The translations under genes were made by a program, and so were the position numbers. 16,116 nt of DNA. Source: Candidatus Limnocylindrus sp. (GTDB lineage Bacteria; Chloroflexota; Limnocylindria; Limnocylindrales; Limnocylindraceae). The notes under the pieces are model-generated. The model was given only the letters and a program-made list of their open reading frames with translations, was not told the origin of the DNA and searched no databases. Shown here one piece after another: positions 1 to 7,786 of the stretch. Within the stretch, counting starts at the first letter, position 1. Every line of letters begins with the position of its first letter. The stretch covers positions 1-16,116 of the forward strand of contig JBBAWM010000009.1 in the NCBI GenBank assembly GCA_040397175.1. The letters are read 5' to 3'.

Positions 1-76
1 CCTGCTGAGCGCGGAGTCCCGCGCCCACGCCGCGGAGACGCGCCTGGCCGAGATCAAGCGCGCCTTCACCGGCTAG
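1..76 (+). CDS. 3' end of hypothetical protein (partial, ...LLSAESRAHAAETRLAEIKRAFTG*)
   Basis: Open frame from the window edge to TAG at 74-76 with GC3-rich codons, followed by a terminator-like hairpin. Confidence 0.6.
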   Translation, partial: LLSAESRAHAAETRLAEIKRAFTG

Positions 77-94
77 CGGCTCGCGGTCCGAGAC

Positions 95-131
95 AGGGCG
101 GCCTGGGGTATCCCCGGGTCGCCCTTCTCTC
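95..131 (+). terminator. Intrinsic terminator-like hairpin
   Basis: agggcggcctgggg-tat-ccccgggtcgccct (95-125, with G-U pairs) followed by tctctc. Confidence 0.6.
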
Positions 132-194
132 ATGCCCGGGTCGCGGAGCGGCCTGGGTGTGCACGGAGAAGTGGCGGCCTGGTCCGATCACGCC

Positions 195-219
195 CGCGGA
201 GACGCGGTAGGCTACCTGC
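195..219 (+). promoter_or_regulatory. Putative class II promoter (CGCGGAG..CGCGG-TAGGCT), leaderless
   Basis: TAnnnT hexamer TAGGCT at 208-213, then 6 nt, then ATG at 220. The same layout occurs at 6466-6486. Confidence 0.5.
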
Positions 220-456
220 ATGACGTACCCACTTGAGCTGCACCCCATCCCCGACGAGACCGAGGAGCAAGCCTCCGACTCCGCGGGTCTTCCCCTGGCC
301 GAGAACGACGAGGTCTGCGAGCACTGCGAGTCGCGGATCGGTCGCGGAAGGGGCATCTTCGTCCCGTACGTGGTCGTCCTGAACCAGGACGACGACTACT
401 GGTTCGTCTGCGAGAACTGCGCCGGTCCGGTCCTGGACCCCGGCATCCCGGAGTAG
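220..456 (+). CDS. Small acidic zinc-ribbon-like protein (CEHC...CENC)
   Basis: 78 aa, two CxxC motifs, phage-like codon usage, no SD (probably leaderless). Confidence 0.75.
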   Translation: MTYPLELHPIPDETEEQASDSAGLPLAENDEVCEHCESRIGRGRGIFVPYVVVLNQDDDYWFVCENCAGPVLDPGIPE

Positions 457-557
457 ACTGCACGGAGAAGCGGGCCTAGCCGGCTAGCCGCCTCAGCGCC
501 CTTGCGACGAAGAACAAAATGTCGCACCCCCACGGTATGCACCAGGGCCGATTAGTC

Positions 558-628
558 GTTGCCAAACCGTTGCAATGAATTATGCAAAACAGGGGCTAAA
601 ACGCCACTTCGTACGGTATAATTAAAGA
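558..628 (+). promoter_or_regulatory. Repeated promoter P1 (GTTGC boxes + TATAAT)
   Basis: GTTGC at 558 and 569. TATAAT at 617-622, 48 bp after the proximal box start. Confidence 0.8.
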
Positions 629-688
629 GTACAGGCAACAAGCACTCGAGCAGCCGCCCGGGTGAAAACGACGAACCCAAAGGACAAA

Positions 689-961
689 ATGACAGACTCA
701 AATCTCACATTCGTGGACGTGACCATCATGTTCAACCCGGCGCTGCCGGACGACCTGGACGACGTGACCGTCGTCATCGGCGACGGCACAGTCAAGTTCA
801 ACGAGGACTTCGACTTCGACGCCAGGGTCTACTTCTACTTCGACGACCTGGCCCTGTTCAAGCGCGCCCAGGTCGAGGACCTCGAGGAGGTCGGCTTCCA
901 GATAGTCAAGGTCATCGACCAGGACGAGGTCGACGCCCTGGAAGCTGAGGTGGCCAAGTGA
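689..961 (+). CDS. Hypothetical acidic protein
   Basis: ATG at 689 follows AAAGGAC RBS (preferred over GTG 662). 90 aa. Overlaps the next gene (GTGA). Confidence 0.8.
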   Translation: MTDSNLTFVDVTIMFNPALPDDLDDVTVVIGDGTVKFNEDFDFDARVYFYFDDLALFKRAQVEDLEEVGFQIVKVIDQDEVDALEAEVAK

Positions 962-1290
962 GCCGCCCGACAGACCAGCGCATGCGAATCGGCACCTGCG
1001 CCGTCGACTCCGGTCAGATCATGATTGTCGACCCCTGCTACCTCGACGAGTACAAAGCGGACGACTTCGAGCCAGGCACCGGCACCATCAACGAGTTCAG
1101 CTACTCCGGCGCGTGCAACACGACACTGAGCCAGCTCGGTGCCGGGCAGCTCGGAAGCATGACTGCCGTCGTCGCGTCGAGCGGCTACGGAGACGGGGCC
1201 TACCCTGTCTACGCGACCTACGACGAGGACGGCGTCATCACCAAGCTCGAGATTGAGTTCGTGTACGTCGACGAGGAGGACGAAGACTAG
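958..1290 (+). CDS. DUF4241-like protein
   Basis: Motifs VDSGQIMIVDPCY and SGYGDGAYPVY are typical of the DUF4241 family (recognised by eye). Confidence 0.7.
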   Translation: MSRPTDQRMRIGTCAVDSGQIMIVDPCYLDEYKADDFEPGTGTINEFSYSGACNTTLSQLGAGQLGSMTAVVASSGYGDGAYPVYATYDEDGVITKLEIEFVYVDEEDED

Positions 1291-1907
1291 TGGCCAACTT
1301 CATCGACAACGAGCTCAGGGTCCGACTCTCGCCGGGCGCCAAGCGAGTCCTCCTGGACATGTTCAAGATCCAGGCGAACAAGATCGACCCCGCCTACCAC
1401 ACGGAGGTGGAGGAGAACCCGGACGCGCCGGTCGGATACCGACTGAGCTTCTGGAACTTCGACCGCCCGAGTAAACCGGAGATGAAGGCCTACCAGGTCT
1501 CCACCGTCGGCGCGCCCGGCGGCTGGTACCGGTGGAACTACGAGCACTGGTCCACCAAGTGGGACGCGATGGAGGTGCACGGAACCGAGGGCGTGACCCC
1601 CGGCCGAGGCACCCAGTCGAGGTACCTCGTCTACCGCTTCACCACCGCCAACAGCGCGCCGGTCCGGGCGCTCGAGGCGATGATGAGGATGTTCCCCGAG
1701 CTCGAGTACACCCTGAAGTGGCACGACGAGGCCGGCCCTGGCGGGACCATCGTCGGACGCGAGGGCTTCTGGCTCACGACCGACTCGTACGGACCGGCGA
1801 CGTCTCACACCGAGGCGACCGAGCTCCGGAGACTTCGCAAGTGCGAGTGCCTGGTGACCGGCGGCGAGCACACACCGTTCCCCGACTGCCTCAGCGACGC
1901 TGAGTAG
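1290..1907 (+). CDS. YubB/DUF1281 (Api92-like) ferredoxin-like domain protein
   Basis: N-terminal MANFIDNELRV, WYRWNYEHWSTKWDA, YRFTTANSAP and FPELEYTL match the MPNW..N / W...NWGTKWD / F.TAWSPP pattern of this mobile-element family. Confidence 0.7.
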   Translation: MANFIDNELRVRLSPGAKRVLLDMFKIQANKIDPAYHTEVEENPDAPVGYRLSFWNFDRPSKPEMKAYQVSTVGAPGGWYRWNYEHWSTKWDAMEVHGTEGVTPGRGTQSRYLVYRFTTANSAPVRALEAMMRMFPELEYTLKWHDEAGPGGTIVGREGFWLTTDSYGPATSHTEATELRRLRKCECLVTGGEHTPFPDCLSDAE

Positions 1908-1909
1908 GA

Positions 1910-1980
1910 GTTTGGCAACGATTTGGCAACAAGCGCACCAAAGAGGCCAATTATGCAGATTGGCACGCTATAATTGAACT
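1910..1980 (+). promoter_or_regulatory. Repeated promoter P2 (boxes inverted)
   Basis: TTGGCAAC twice, 11 bp apart (ending 1919 and 1930). TATAAT at 1969-1974. ATG at 1981. Confidence 0.8.
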
Positions 1981-2028
1981 ATGAACGCACCAACCGGTGC
2001 GGGATCCAAAACGACGAAAGGACCGCTC

Positions 2029-2523
2029 ATGAGCGATCAAAAGACCATCGAGGTGAGAGGCAAGGCCCTGTACCTAGAGTTCAGGAACCAGGCCGCCACC
2101 TTCCAGCTGCTAGTGCACCCAGACGGCGTGTCGAGTCAAAACGACTACGTGCCGTTCGGCGTCTTCTACCGCAGCCTCAACGCCTCCTACCCGAAGCGTC
2201 CCTGGACGACCGCAAAGGTGAGTCGCACCACCGTTGGCCCTCGCATGATCGAGGCTGGCAAGATGCTCACCCTGACCGACGCCAACCTGGTGATCAGCAC
2301 CTCGAAGAAGTTCCAGGAGCACGTGGACTCGATCTTCGACCAGCTGACCCGTCAGGGCTTCAGCGTCTACAAGCAGCCGGTCATCGTTGAGATCTCAAAC
2401 GTCGACCTCGACGAGATCGGCAGCGACTCCACCCCGTACGCCCTGTTCAGACGAGTCATGTCTGCCCGCAAGGCGCTCGGCTTCCCTGAAGACCTTCTAA
2501 CCACCACCACCCCAACCCTCTAA
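2029..2523 (+). CDS. Hypothetical protein co-transcribed with AAA+ ATPase
   Basis: ATG 2029 after AAAACGACGAAAGGAC. An in-frame leaderless ATG at 1981 is an alternative start. Confidence 0.8.
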   Translation: MSDQKTIEVRGKALYLEFRNQAATFQLLVHPDGVSSQNDYVPFGVFYRSLNASYPKRPWTTAKVSRTTVGPRMIEAGKMLTLTDANLVISTSKKFQEHVDSIFDQLTRQGFSVYKQPVIVEISNVDLDEIGSDSTPYALFRRVMSARKALGFPEDLLTTTTPTL

Positions 2524-2542
2524 AACGACGAAAGGACGCACC

Positions 2543-3526
2543 ATGAACTACGACACAATCTACGCAGGACTCGGCCCACTGTTTGCCGAGATGACCAGCC
2601 AGACCCTCACCGAGACACCGGGTGTTGAGATGGACCGGTACCTATCGCACGCCGGCCGAGTGGTCATCCGCTCGGGCAGCTCGACCCCTCGAAAGAAGGC
2701 CGAACCCGTGGCTACCACCGTCACCGCCCTGGAAGGTGAGACCTTCTACCTCCGCCCGAACGGCGACAAGTACTTTGCCCGCAAGTGGGGAGAGCACAGC
2801 GACGTCGAGGTCATTCGCAAGTCGCGAGCCAAGAGCCACTACGTCCTCCTCTACGGAGCGCCCGGCTGCGGCAAGACCGCGATGGTCGAGGCCGCGTTCG
2901 GCGACGAGCTCGAGACCATTCTCGGCACCGGCGACACCGAGGTCAGCGACCTCGTGGGTGGCTACGTGCAGACCGCGACCGGCGGCTTCGAGTGGGTCGA
3001 CGGCCCGCTGCTTCGAGCCGCTGAGCACGGCAAGCCCCTGCTCATCGACGAGATCGGCATCATCGACCCGAAGGTACTGACGGTCGTGTACGGCCTCATG
3101 GACGGTCGTCGCGAGTACACCGTCACCGCCAACCCGGAGCGTGGCACCGTCAAGGCCAAGGACGGGTTCTACGTCCTCGGCGCGACCAACCCAAACGCGC
3201 CGGGAGTCAACCTCTCGGAGGCCCTGCTCTCCCGCTTCGGCATCCACGCCGAGATGACCACCGACTGGTCGCTCGCCAAGAAGATGGGCGTTCCGGCTAC
3301 CGCAGTCTCAGCCGCCCAGAACCTGGCAAAGAAGCGCCAGAGCGACGAGGTCAGCTGGGCACCTCAAATGCGCGAGCTCCTGAAGTTCAAGGAGCTGGCC
3401 GAGGACTTCGGCACCACCTGGGCCGTGAGCAACCTGCTCGCAGCGGCACCGGAGATGGACCGACCAATCGTGGCCGACACCTTCACTCGAGCATTCGCTG
3501 AAGAGTCGCGCCCGGCGAAAATCTAG
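2543..3526 (+). CDS. MoxR-family AAA+ ATPase (CbbQ/NirQ/NorQ/CobS-like, AAA_5)
   Basis: Walker A GAPGCGKT, DLVGGY, WVDGPLLRA, Walker B LLIDEI, sensor ATNP, arginine finger ALLSRF. Strong RBS. Confidence 0.92.
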   Translation: MNYDTIYAGLGPLFAEMTSQTLTETPGVEMDRYLSHAGRVVIRSGSSTPRKKAEPVATTVTALEGETFYLRPNGDKYFARKWGEHSDVEVIRKSRAKSHYVLLYGAPGCGKTAMVEAAFGDELETILGTGDTEVSDLVGGYVQTATGGFEWVDGPLLRAAEHGKPLLIDEIGIIDPKVLTVVYGLMDGRREYTVTANPERGTVKAKDGFYVLGATNPNAPGVNLSEALLSRFGIHAEMTTDWSLAKKMGVPATAVSAAQNLAKKRQSDEVSWAPQMRELLKFKELAEDFGTTWAVSNLLAAAPEMDRPIVADTFTRAFAEESRPAKI

Positions 3527-3554
3527 GTTGCTTCGTCGTTATCCTAGACCTGGA

Positions 3555-3584
3555 CCAGGGCCCCGGCGCACACCGGGGTCCTGG
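3555..3584 (+). terminator. Hairpin between ATPase and VWA genes
   Basis: ccagggccccgg-cgcaca-ccggggtcctgg. No U tract. Confidence 0.5.
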
Positions 3585-3589
3585 AACCC

Positions 3590-3660
3590 AGTTTGCAACG
3601 ACTTGGCAACAGCCGCCTGAAACTGCAAGATCAGGCGCTAAAGCACGCTATAATTGAACT
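3590..3660 (+). promoter_or_regulatory. Repeated promoter P3 (boxes inverted)
   Basis: GCAAC ending at 3599 and 3610. TATAAT at 3649-3654. Shares gcacgctataattgaact with P2. Confidence 0.8.
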
Positions 3661-3684
3661 AAGACATCTACGAAAGGACATCTC

Positions 3685-5472
3685 ATGACACACTTCGGAA
3701 CCTCCGGACACACCAAGGTCGACGCCCCCGAGTGGCTCAAGGTCGGCTCGGCCATCAGCTCACTCGTAAACGACTGGTCGCTACGCAGCGACCTCATCGT
3801 TCGCGTCGGACCAAACGAGAGCGCGCCGGCCCCGGCACTCTTCAACCCGGCCCTGGCCGAGGTAGAGGTCAACACCGTTCACGCCTTCGGTCCGTCCATC
3901 GAGCCCGAGCTCGTCGGAGACCTGACCGACCGCGACACCCAGTTCGACTGGCCAAAGGCCACCGGCGCGATCTTCCACGAGGCCCTGCACGCCCGCTTCA
4001 CTCAGTTCAGTCTGCAGGCCATCGCAGACGCCCTGCCTGCGGGACCGCTGGCTGCCCTGCACCTGCTAGAGGAGTCGCGCATCGAGGGACTCGGCGTTCG
4101 CGCCATGCCGTCCAACCGTGGCTTCTTGCGAGCCTGCGCCCTGGAGATCGTCCTCGGCGACCTGACCGCAGAGAAGCTGGCCGAGCAGGGACACACCCGC
4201 GCCGTCGCCCACGTCGCCGGACTCACCCTCGCCCGCGTCGACGCCGGAGTGCTTGAGCGCTCAGACGTCGAGTCGGTTGCCGAGTACGTCGAGACCTTCT
4301 TGGGCGAGGAGCTACTGGAGAAGCTGCGCGACATCTGGACCGAGTTCCAGGCGCACGCCAAGCACTCGTCTCACCACGAACTAATGCCACTCGCCATCGA
4401 GTGGGACCGACTCGTCACCGAGGAGTCGGAGAAGCGCGGCGAACCGCAGCCGGGCTCAGGTCCGGGACAGGACGTCATCGACGCGATCAGGGAGATGCTC
4501 GAGAAGCTGGCTGACGACGCCGGAGCCGCCGCCATCGGTGCCGGAGACGAGCTGGGCGACCAGCAGCAGTCCGAGGAGTGGAGCCGCGAGGTCAACGCCC
4601 GAGGCAAGGACTCACGCCAGCGCCAGCAGCACAAGGCCGAGGCCGCCAGGATCTTCGACAAGGGCACCGGCCCGGGCGAGAGCAAGAGTCGCTCAAAGTT
4701 GATCGAGCGTCGCCAGCCGTCCGGCGAGGAGCGAGCCGCTGCCGTCCAGGTGGCGAGACTGCTCGAGAAGGCCAAGTACCGCGACCGCTCGATGACCGAG
4801 GTCAACAGCGTGACCCCTCCAGGTCGCCTGAGAACCGGCGCGATGGTCCAGGCTGCCGCACTCAAGACCAAGGGCGTTCGCGCCCAGGTCGAGCCGTGGC
4901 GAGCCACCAAGCGCAAGCACACCGAGGACCCGGAGCTGAAGGTCGGCGTCATGGTCGACATCTCCGGCTCGATGGGCGGAGCGATGACTCCGATGGCCGT
5001 GACGGCCTGGGTCATGTCCGAGGCGGTCCACCGCATCCAGGGCAAGGCCTCGATGGTCTACTACGGCAACGACGTCTTCGCGACCCTGAAGCCAGGCCAG
5101 CACCTGCGCGAGGTCAACGTGTACTCGGCCCAGGACGGCACCGAGCAGTTCGACAAGGCGTTCAAGGCACTCGACGGCTCGATGAACCTCCTGCAGGGCT
5201 CTGGAGCCCGTCTGCTGGTCGTCGTGTCAGACGGCGAGTACGTGCAGGAGGAGAGACAGGCGGCGAAGCAGTGGATGCTCGCGTGCGAGCGCGCCGGAGT
5301 GGCGATCCTCTGGATCAAGTTCGACAGTCGAAACGGCAACCCTGAGCGCTTCTTGAACGGCACGTCCGGCGAGGTCGTCGTGTCAGACGGCGTCGCGTCG
5401 AAGGTCGCCAAGACCATCGGCGAGGCTGCCGCCCGGGCCCTGACCAAGGTCGGAGCCAAACAGGCGCGCTAA
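3685..5472 (+). CDS. CobT/NorD-like VWA-domain protein with N-terminal HEXXH motif (MoxR partner)
   Basis: FHEALH...LEESRIE in the N-terminal domain, low-complexity linker, MIDAS DISGSM, GTE and VVSDG in the C-terminal VWA. Adjacent to the MoxR ATPase. Confidence 0.88.
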   Translation: MTHFGTSGHTKVDAPEWLKVGSAISSLVNDWSLRSDLIVRVGPNESAPAPALFNPALAEVEVNTVHAFGPSIEPELVGDLTDRDTQFDWPKATGAIFHEALHARFTQFSLQAIADALPAGPLAALHLLEESRIEGLGVRAMPSNRGFLRACALEIVLGDLTAEKLAEQGHTRAVAHVAGLTLARVDAGVLERSDVESVAEYVETFLGEELLEKLRDIWTEFQAHAKHSSHHELMPLAIEWDRLVTEESEKRGEPQPGSGPGQDVIDAIREMLEKLADDAGAAAIGAGDELGDQQQSEEWSREVNARGKDSRQRQQHKAEAARIFDKGTGPGESKSRSKLIERRQPSGEERAAAVQVARLLEKAKYRDRSMTEVNSVTPPGRLRTGAMVQAAALKTKGVRAQVEPWRATKRKHTEDPELKVGVMVDISGSMGGAMTPMAVTAWVMSEAVHRIQGKASMVYYGNDVFATLKPGQHLREVNVYSAQDGTEQFDKAFKALDGSMNLLQGSGARLLVVVSDGEYVQEERQAAKQWMLACERAGVAILWIKFDSRNGNPERFLNGTSGEVVVSDGVASKVAKTIGEAAARALTKVGAKQAR

Positions 5473-5477
5473 AAGCT

Positions 5478-5548
5478 GTTGCCAATCTGTTGCAAAGAAC
5501 TTTGGCAAATTGGCATGATTTGGGCAATTGGCGTGCTATAATTAAAGT
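5478..5548 (+). promoter_or_regulatory. Repeated promoter P4
   Basis: GTTGC at 5478 and 5489. TGcTATAAT (5537-5542). ATG at 5549. Confidence 0.8.
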
Positions 5549-5629
5549 ATGCACCAAGCAGTCGACCTCGGTTGACTGGCCACAGGCGGCCAACCGGCAG
5601 TCTGTCCGAAACGACAAAAGGACACTACC

Positions 5630-5992
5630 ATCAGTACATCAACTGTTAGCACCACCGTTCGCACCACCAGCACCACCGTCAGCACCACCGAGCAGGTCGT
5701 TGACCTGACCGCCACCGACGCGAAGGCAATCTTCGCTGAGTACGAGGCTATCAAGAAGGCGAAGACCGATCTTGACAAGCAGGAGAAGGCCCTGAAGGAG
5801 AAGCTCCTAGAGCTGACCGGATGGACCGCTGACGGCGTACCTGCCGTCGCCATCGTGAACGGCGAGCCCCTGTTCAAGAAGCAGGCCGGCAAGTCGGTCA
5901 TCTGGGACGCCGAGCTGATGAAGCTCGTCTTCCCTGAGGCCCTCGAGAAGTGCCGCAGCGAGAAGCCAAACTTCTCCATCCGCGCCGCCTAA
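5630..5992 (+). CDS. Hypothetical coiled-coil protein with ATC start codon (120 aa, not in ORF track)
   Basis: ACGACAAAAGGACACTACC-ATC then an open frame STSTVSTTVRTT...EYEAIKKAKTDLDKQEKALKEKLLEL...FSIRAA* with strongly gene-like codons. In-frame TGA upstream at 5573-5575. Confidence 0.75.
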   Translation: MSTSTVSTTVRTTSTTVSTTEQVVDLTATDAKAIFAEYEAIKKAKTDLDKQEKALKEKLLELTGWTADGVPAVAIVNGEPLFKKQAGKSVIWDAELMKLVFPEALEKCRSEKPNFSIRAA

Positions 5993-6014
5993 CAACCGGC
6001 AACACCAGAGGCGG

Positions 6015-6045
6015 GAGCCTCGGCCCACCAGGGCCGGGGCTCTTC
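6015..6045 (+). terminator. Hairpin after ATC-start gene
   Basis: gagcctcggccc-acca-gggccggggctc followed by ttc. Confidence 0.5.
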
Positions 6046-6085
6046 GTCCACCAAGACCACTCACCCCAATCAAAGGACAAGACCC

Positions 6086-6367
6086 ATGATCTACGACGAC
6101 CACAAGACCCAGCGGCTCTCCCCGGTGCCCGGCACGAACAAGCGCATCGGCGTGGAGCACCTCATCACCATTGACCGGTTCTGGTTCTCGAACCGCGCCG
6201 GTCTACGCATCGGCGTTCCCCTCGCGACCATCGAGGCCCAGACGTTCGAGAACGACTTCCGCCTGGAGATTCACAACGGAAGCTCGGCCGGCGCGGTGTA
6301 CACCAACGCCAGCTACGACGCCCTGCTCCAGGTCCTGCTGCTCGCCGTCAACCACGGCAAGCGGTAG
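6086..6367 (+). CDS. Hypothetical protein
   Basis: 93 aa, AAAGGAC RBS, gene-like codon usage. Confidence 0.75.
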   Translation: MIYDDHKTQRLSPVPGTNKRIGVEHLITIDRFWFSNRAGLRIGVPLATIEAQTFENDFRLEIHNGSSAGAVYTNASYDALLQVLLLAVNHGKR

Positions 6368-6375
6368 CCCAAGAC

Positions 6376-6460
6376 GTCCGCGGCGTTTGTTTGTCCTTTC
6401 CCCGCGGACATGGCCCGGCCAGCTCGAGACTACTCGTTGGCCGGGCCACCCAACTTCCCC
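6376..6460 (+). ncRNA. Candidate structured 3'-UTR RNA with anti-RBS loop
   Basis: gtccgcgg/ccgcggac stem with loop cgtttgtttgtcctttcc, then a 13-bp stem at 6411-6448 and a cttcccc tail. Confidence 0.45.
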
Positions 6461-6465
6461 AATCG

Positions 6466-6492
6466 CGCGGAGCGGCGCGGTAGGATCAGATC
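6466..6492 (+). promoter_or_regulatory. Putative class II promoter of methyltransferase
   Basis: CGCGGAG-cgg-CGCGG-TAGGAT (6481-6486), same layout as 195-213. Confidence 0.45.
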
Positions 6493-6534
6493 GCAACCGG
6501 CACGCTCGCGGAGCGGCCAGAGAAGGAGAGACGC

Positions 6535-7038
6535 ATGCCAAATTTTGGAGGCGAGAGCTCGGTCAGCGGCACGGTCGTGTGGCTGACGCCGCCCTACATC
6601 ATCGAGGCCCTGGGCCAGTTCGACCTGGACCCGTGCGCGCCCGCTGCCGGGGAGAGACCGTTTGAGACGGCCGCGAGCTACTGGACCGAGGCCGACGACG
6701 GCCTGGTGCAGCCCTGGCACGGACGCGTCTGGATGAACCCGCCCTACGGCCCGGGCATGGTCAAGTGGCTCACGAAGCTCGCGACGCACGGAGACGGCTA
6801 CGCGCTGGTCTTCGCGCGGACGGAGACGCGGGCGTTCTTCGACGGCGTGTGGGACCACGCGGACGCGCTCTTCTTCTTCAAGGGCAGACTCAAGTTTCAC
6901 CGACCAGACGGCACGCCCGGCGCGGCCTGCCAGTCGCCGTCGGTGCTCGCGGCCTACGGCTCGCGGAACGTCGCGGCCCTGGAAGACGCGGTCGCCTCCG
7001 GCAAGCTCGTCGGCAAGCTCGTCTACCTGAAGCAGTAG
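6535..7038 (+). CDS. Phage DNA N6-adenine methyltransferase (Dam-like, PF05869 type)
   Basis: WLTP, FDLDPCA, DGLVQPWHGRVWMNPPY catalytic motif, ARTET, GRLKF. SD AGAAGGAG. Confidence 0.88.
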   Translation: MPNFGGESSVSGTVVWLTPPYIIEALGQFDLDPCAPAAGERPFETAASYWTEADDGLVQPWHGRVWMNPPYGPGMVKWLTKLATHGDGYALVFARTETRAFFDGVWDHADALFFFKGRLKFHRPDGTPGAACQSPSVLAAYGSRNVAALEDAVASGKLVGKLVYLKQ

Positions 7039-7049
7039 TTTTTTGAGAG

Positions 7050-7078
7050 ACCCCGGTCGAGAGACCGGGGTTCTTCTC
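7050..7078 (+). terminator. Intrinsic terminator (GAGA tetraloop)
   Basis: accccggtc-GAGA-gaccggggt then tcttctc. Confidence 0.7.
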
Positions 7079-7180
7079 TACCCCGGAGGCGCACGGAGAA
7101 GTCGGCGCTTGCCGGGCGACTCCGTCGCGACACCCTCGAGGCCGCAGCAAACTACAGGTCTGTGGTATGCCTGTTTTACC

Positions 7181-7251
7181 GTTGCGAAGTTGTTGCGAAG
7201 AGATTTGCCAAAAGTGGGCAATTATAGAGATTCATGCGCTATAATTAGAGT
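7181..7251 (+). promoter_or_regulatory. Repeated promoter P5
   Basis: GTTGCGAAG direct repeat at 7181 and 7192. TATAAT at 7240-7245. ATG at 7252. Confidence 0.85.
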
Positions 7252-7653
7252 ATGACAAACACAACGACAACCCTCGAAATCACCTGGACCGGCAACGAGC
7301 ACCTACCTGCCAAGTACCAGACGTCAGGCAAGCACACAAGCAGCCTGGCCGTAGCAGTCCACCACGACGGCAACGACCTAAGCCTCTGCGAGCGCGTGTT
7401 CGAAGAGACCAACCTCTATCAGGGCGAGCTCTGGGACCGCATCCAGCCGCTACTGCCTGACACTCGCACCCACACGGCCCTGAGCGTCGGAGACCTGGTT
7501 CGCATCGACGACCGCGTGTACAAGTGCGCGAACATCGGCTTCAAGTTGATCGAGGAGGCCGGCCGAACAGTTTACAACGTCTCGAGCGGGCACTTCACCG
7601 GTGCCGGGATCTGCGAGACCTGCGGCCCTCTCTGCGACGACGACGACGAATAG
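7252..7653 (+). CDS. YodL-like domain protein (leaderless)
   Basis: HTALSVGDLVRIDDRVYKCANIGF resembles the YodL S(L/M)SVGDVV...Y....GF motif. The C-terminus has CxxC..C. Confidence 0.7.
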   Translation: MTNTTTTLEITWTGNEHLPAKYQTSGKHTSSLAVAVHHDGNDLSLCERVFEETNLYQGELWDRIQPLLPDTRTHTALSVGDLVRIDDRVYKCANIGFKLIEEAGRTVYNVSSGHFTGAGICETCGPLCDDDDE

Positions 7654-7655
7654 TC

Positions 7656-7726
7656 GTTGCCGAACTGTTGCGGCGAATCCGGTCAAAAGTGGCCGGATCT
7701 GCCCGACAACATGCTATAATAGAACT
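7656..7726 (+). promoter_or_regulatory. Repeated promoter P6
   Basis: GTTGC at 7656 and 7667. TGcTATAAT at 7715-7720. ATG at 7727. Confidence 0.8.
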
Positions 7727-7786
7727 ATGAGCAAAACACTCGACCGGCCAGGCGGACCCTGGAGCTAGCAAAGGACACCACCGCTT

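Noticed and set aside
5549-5632. Stop-codon reassignment or selenocysteine (in-frame TGA at 5573 and at 10561)
   Set aside because: TGA, TAG and TAA all act as normal stops in coupled gene junctions throughout the window. A strong RBS directly before ATC explains the 5630 gene more simply.
5648-5690. GCACCACC tandem repeats (also ACC runs at 2500-2512 and 10270-10290)
   Set aside because: They encode Thr-rich protein termini. Coding low complexity rather than an independent DNA repeat.
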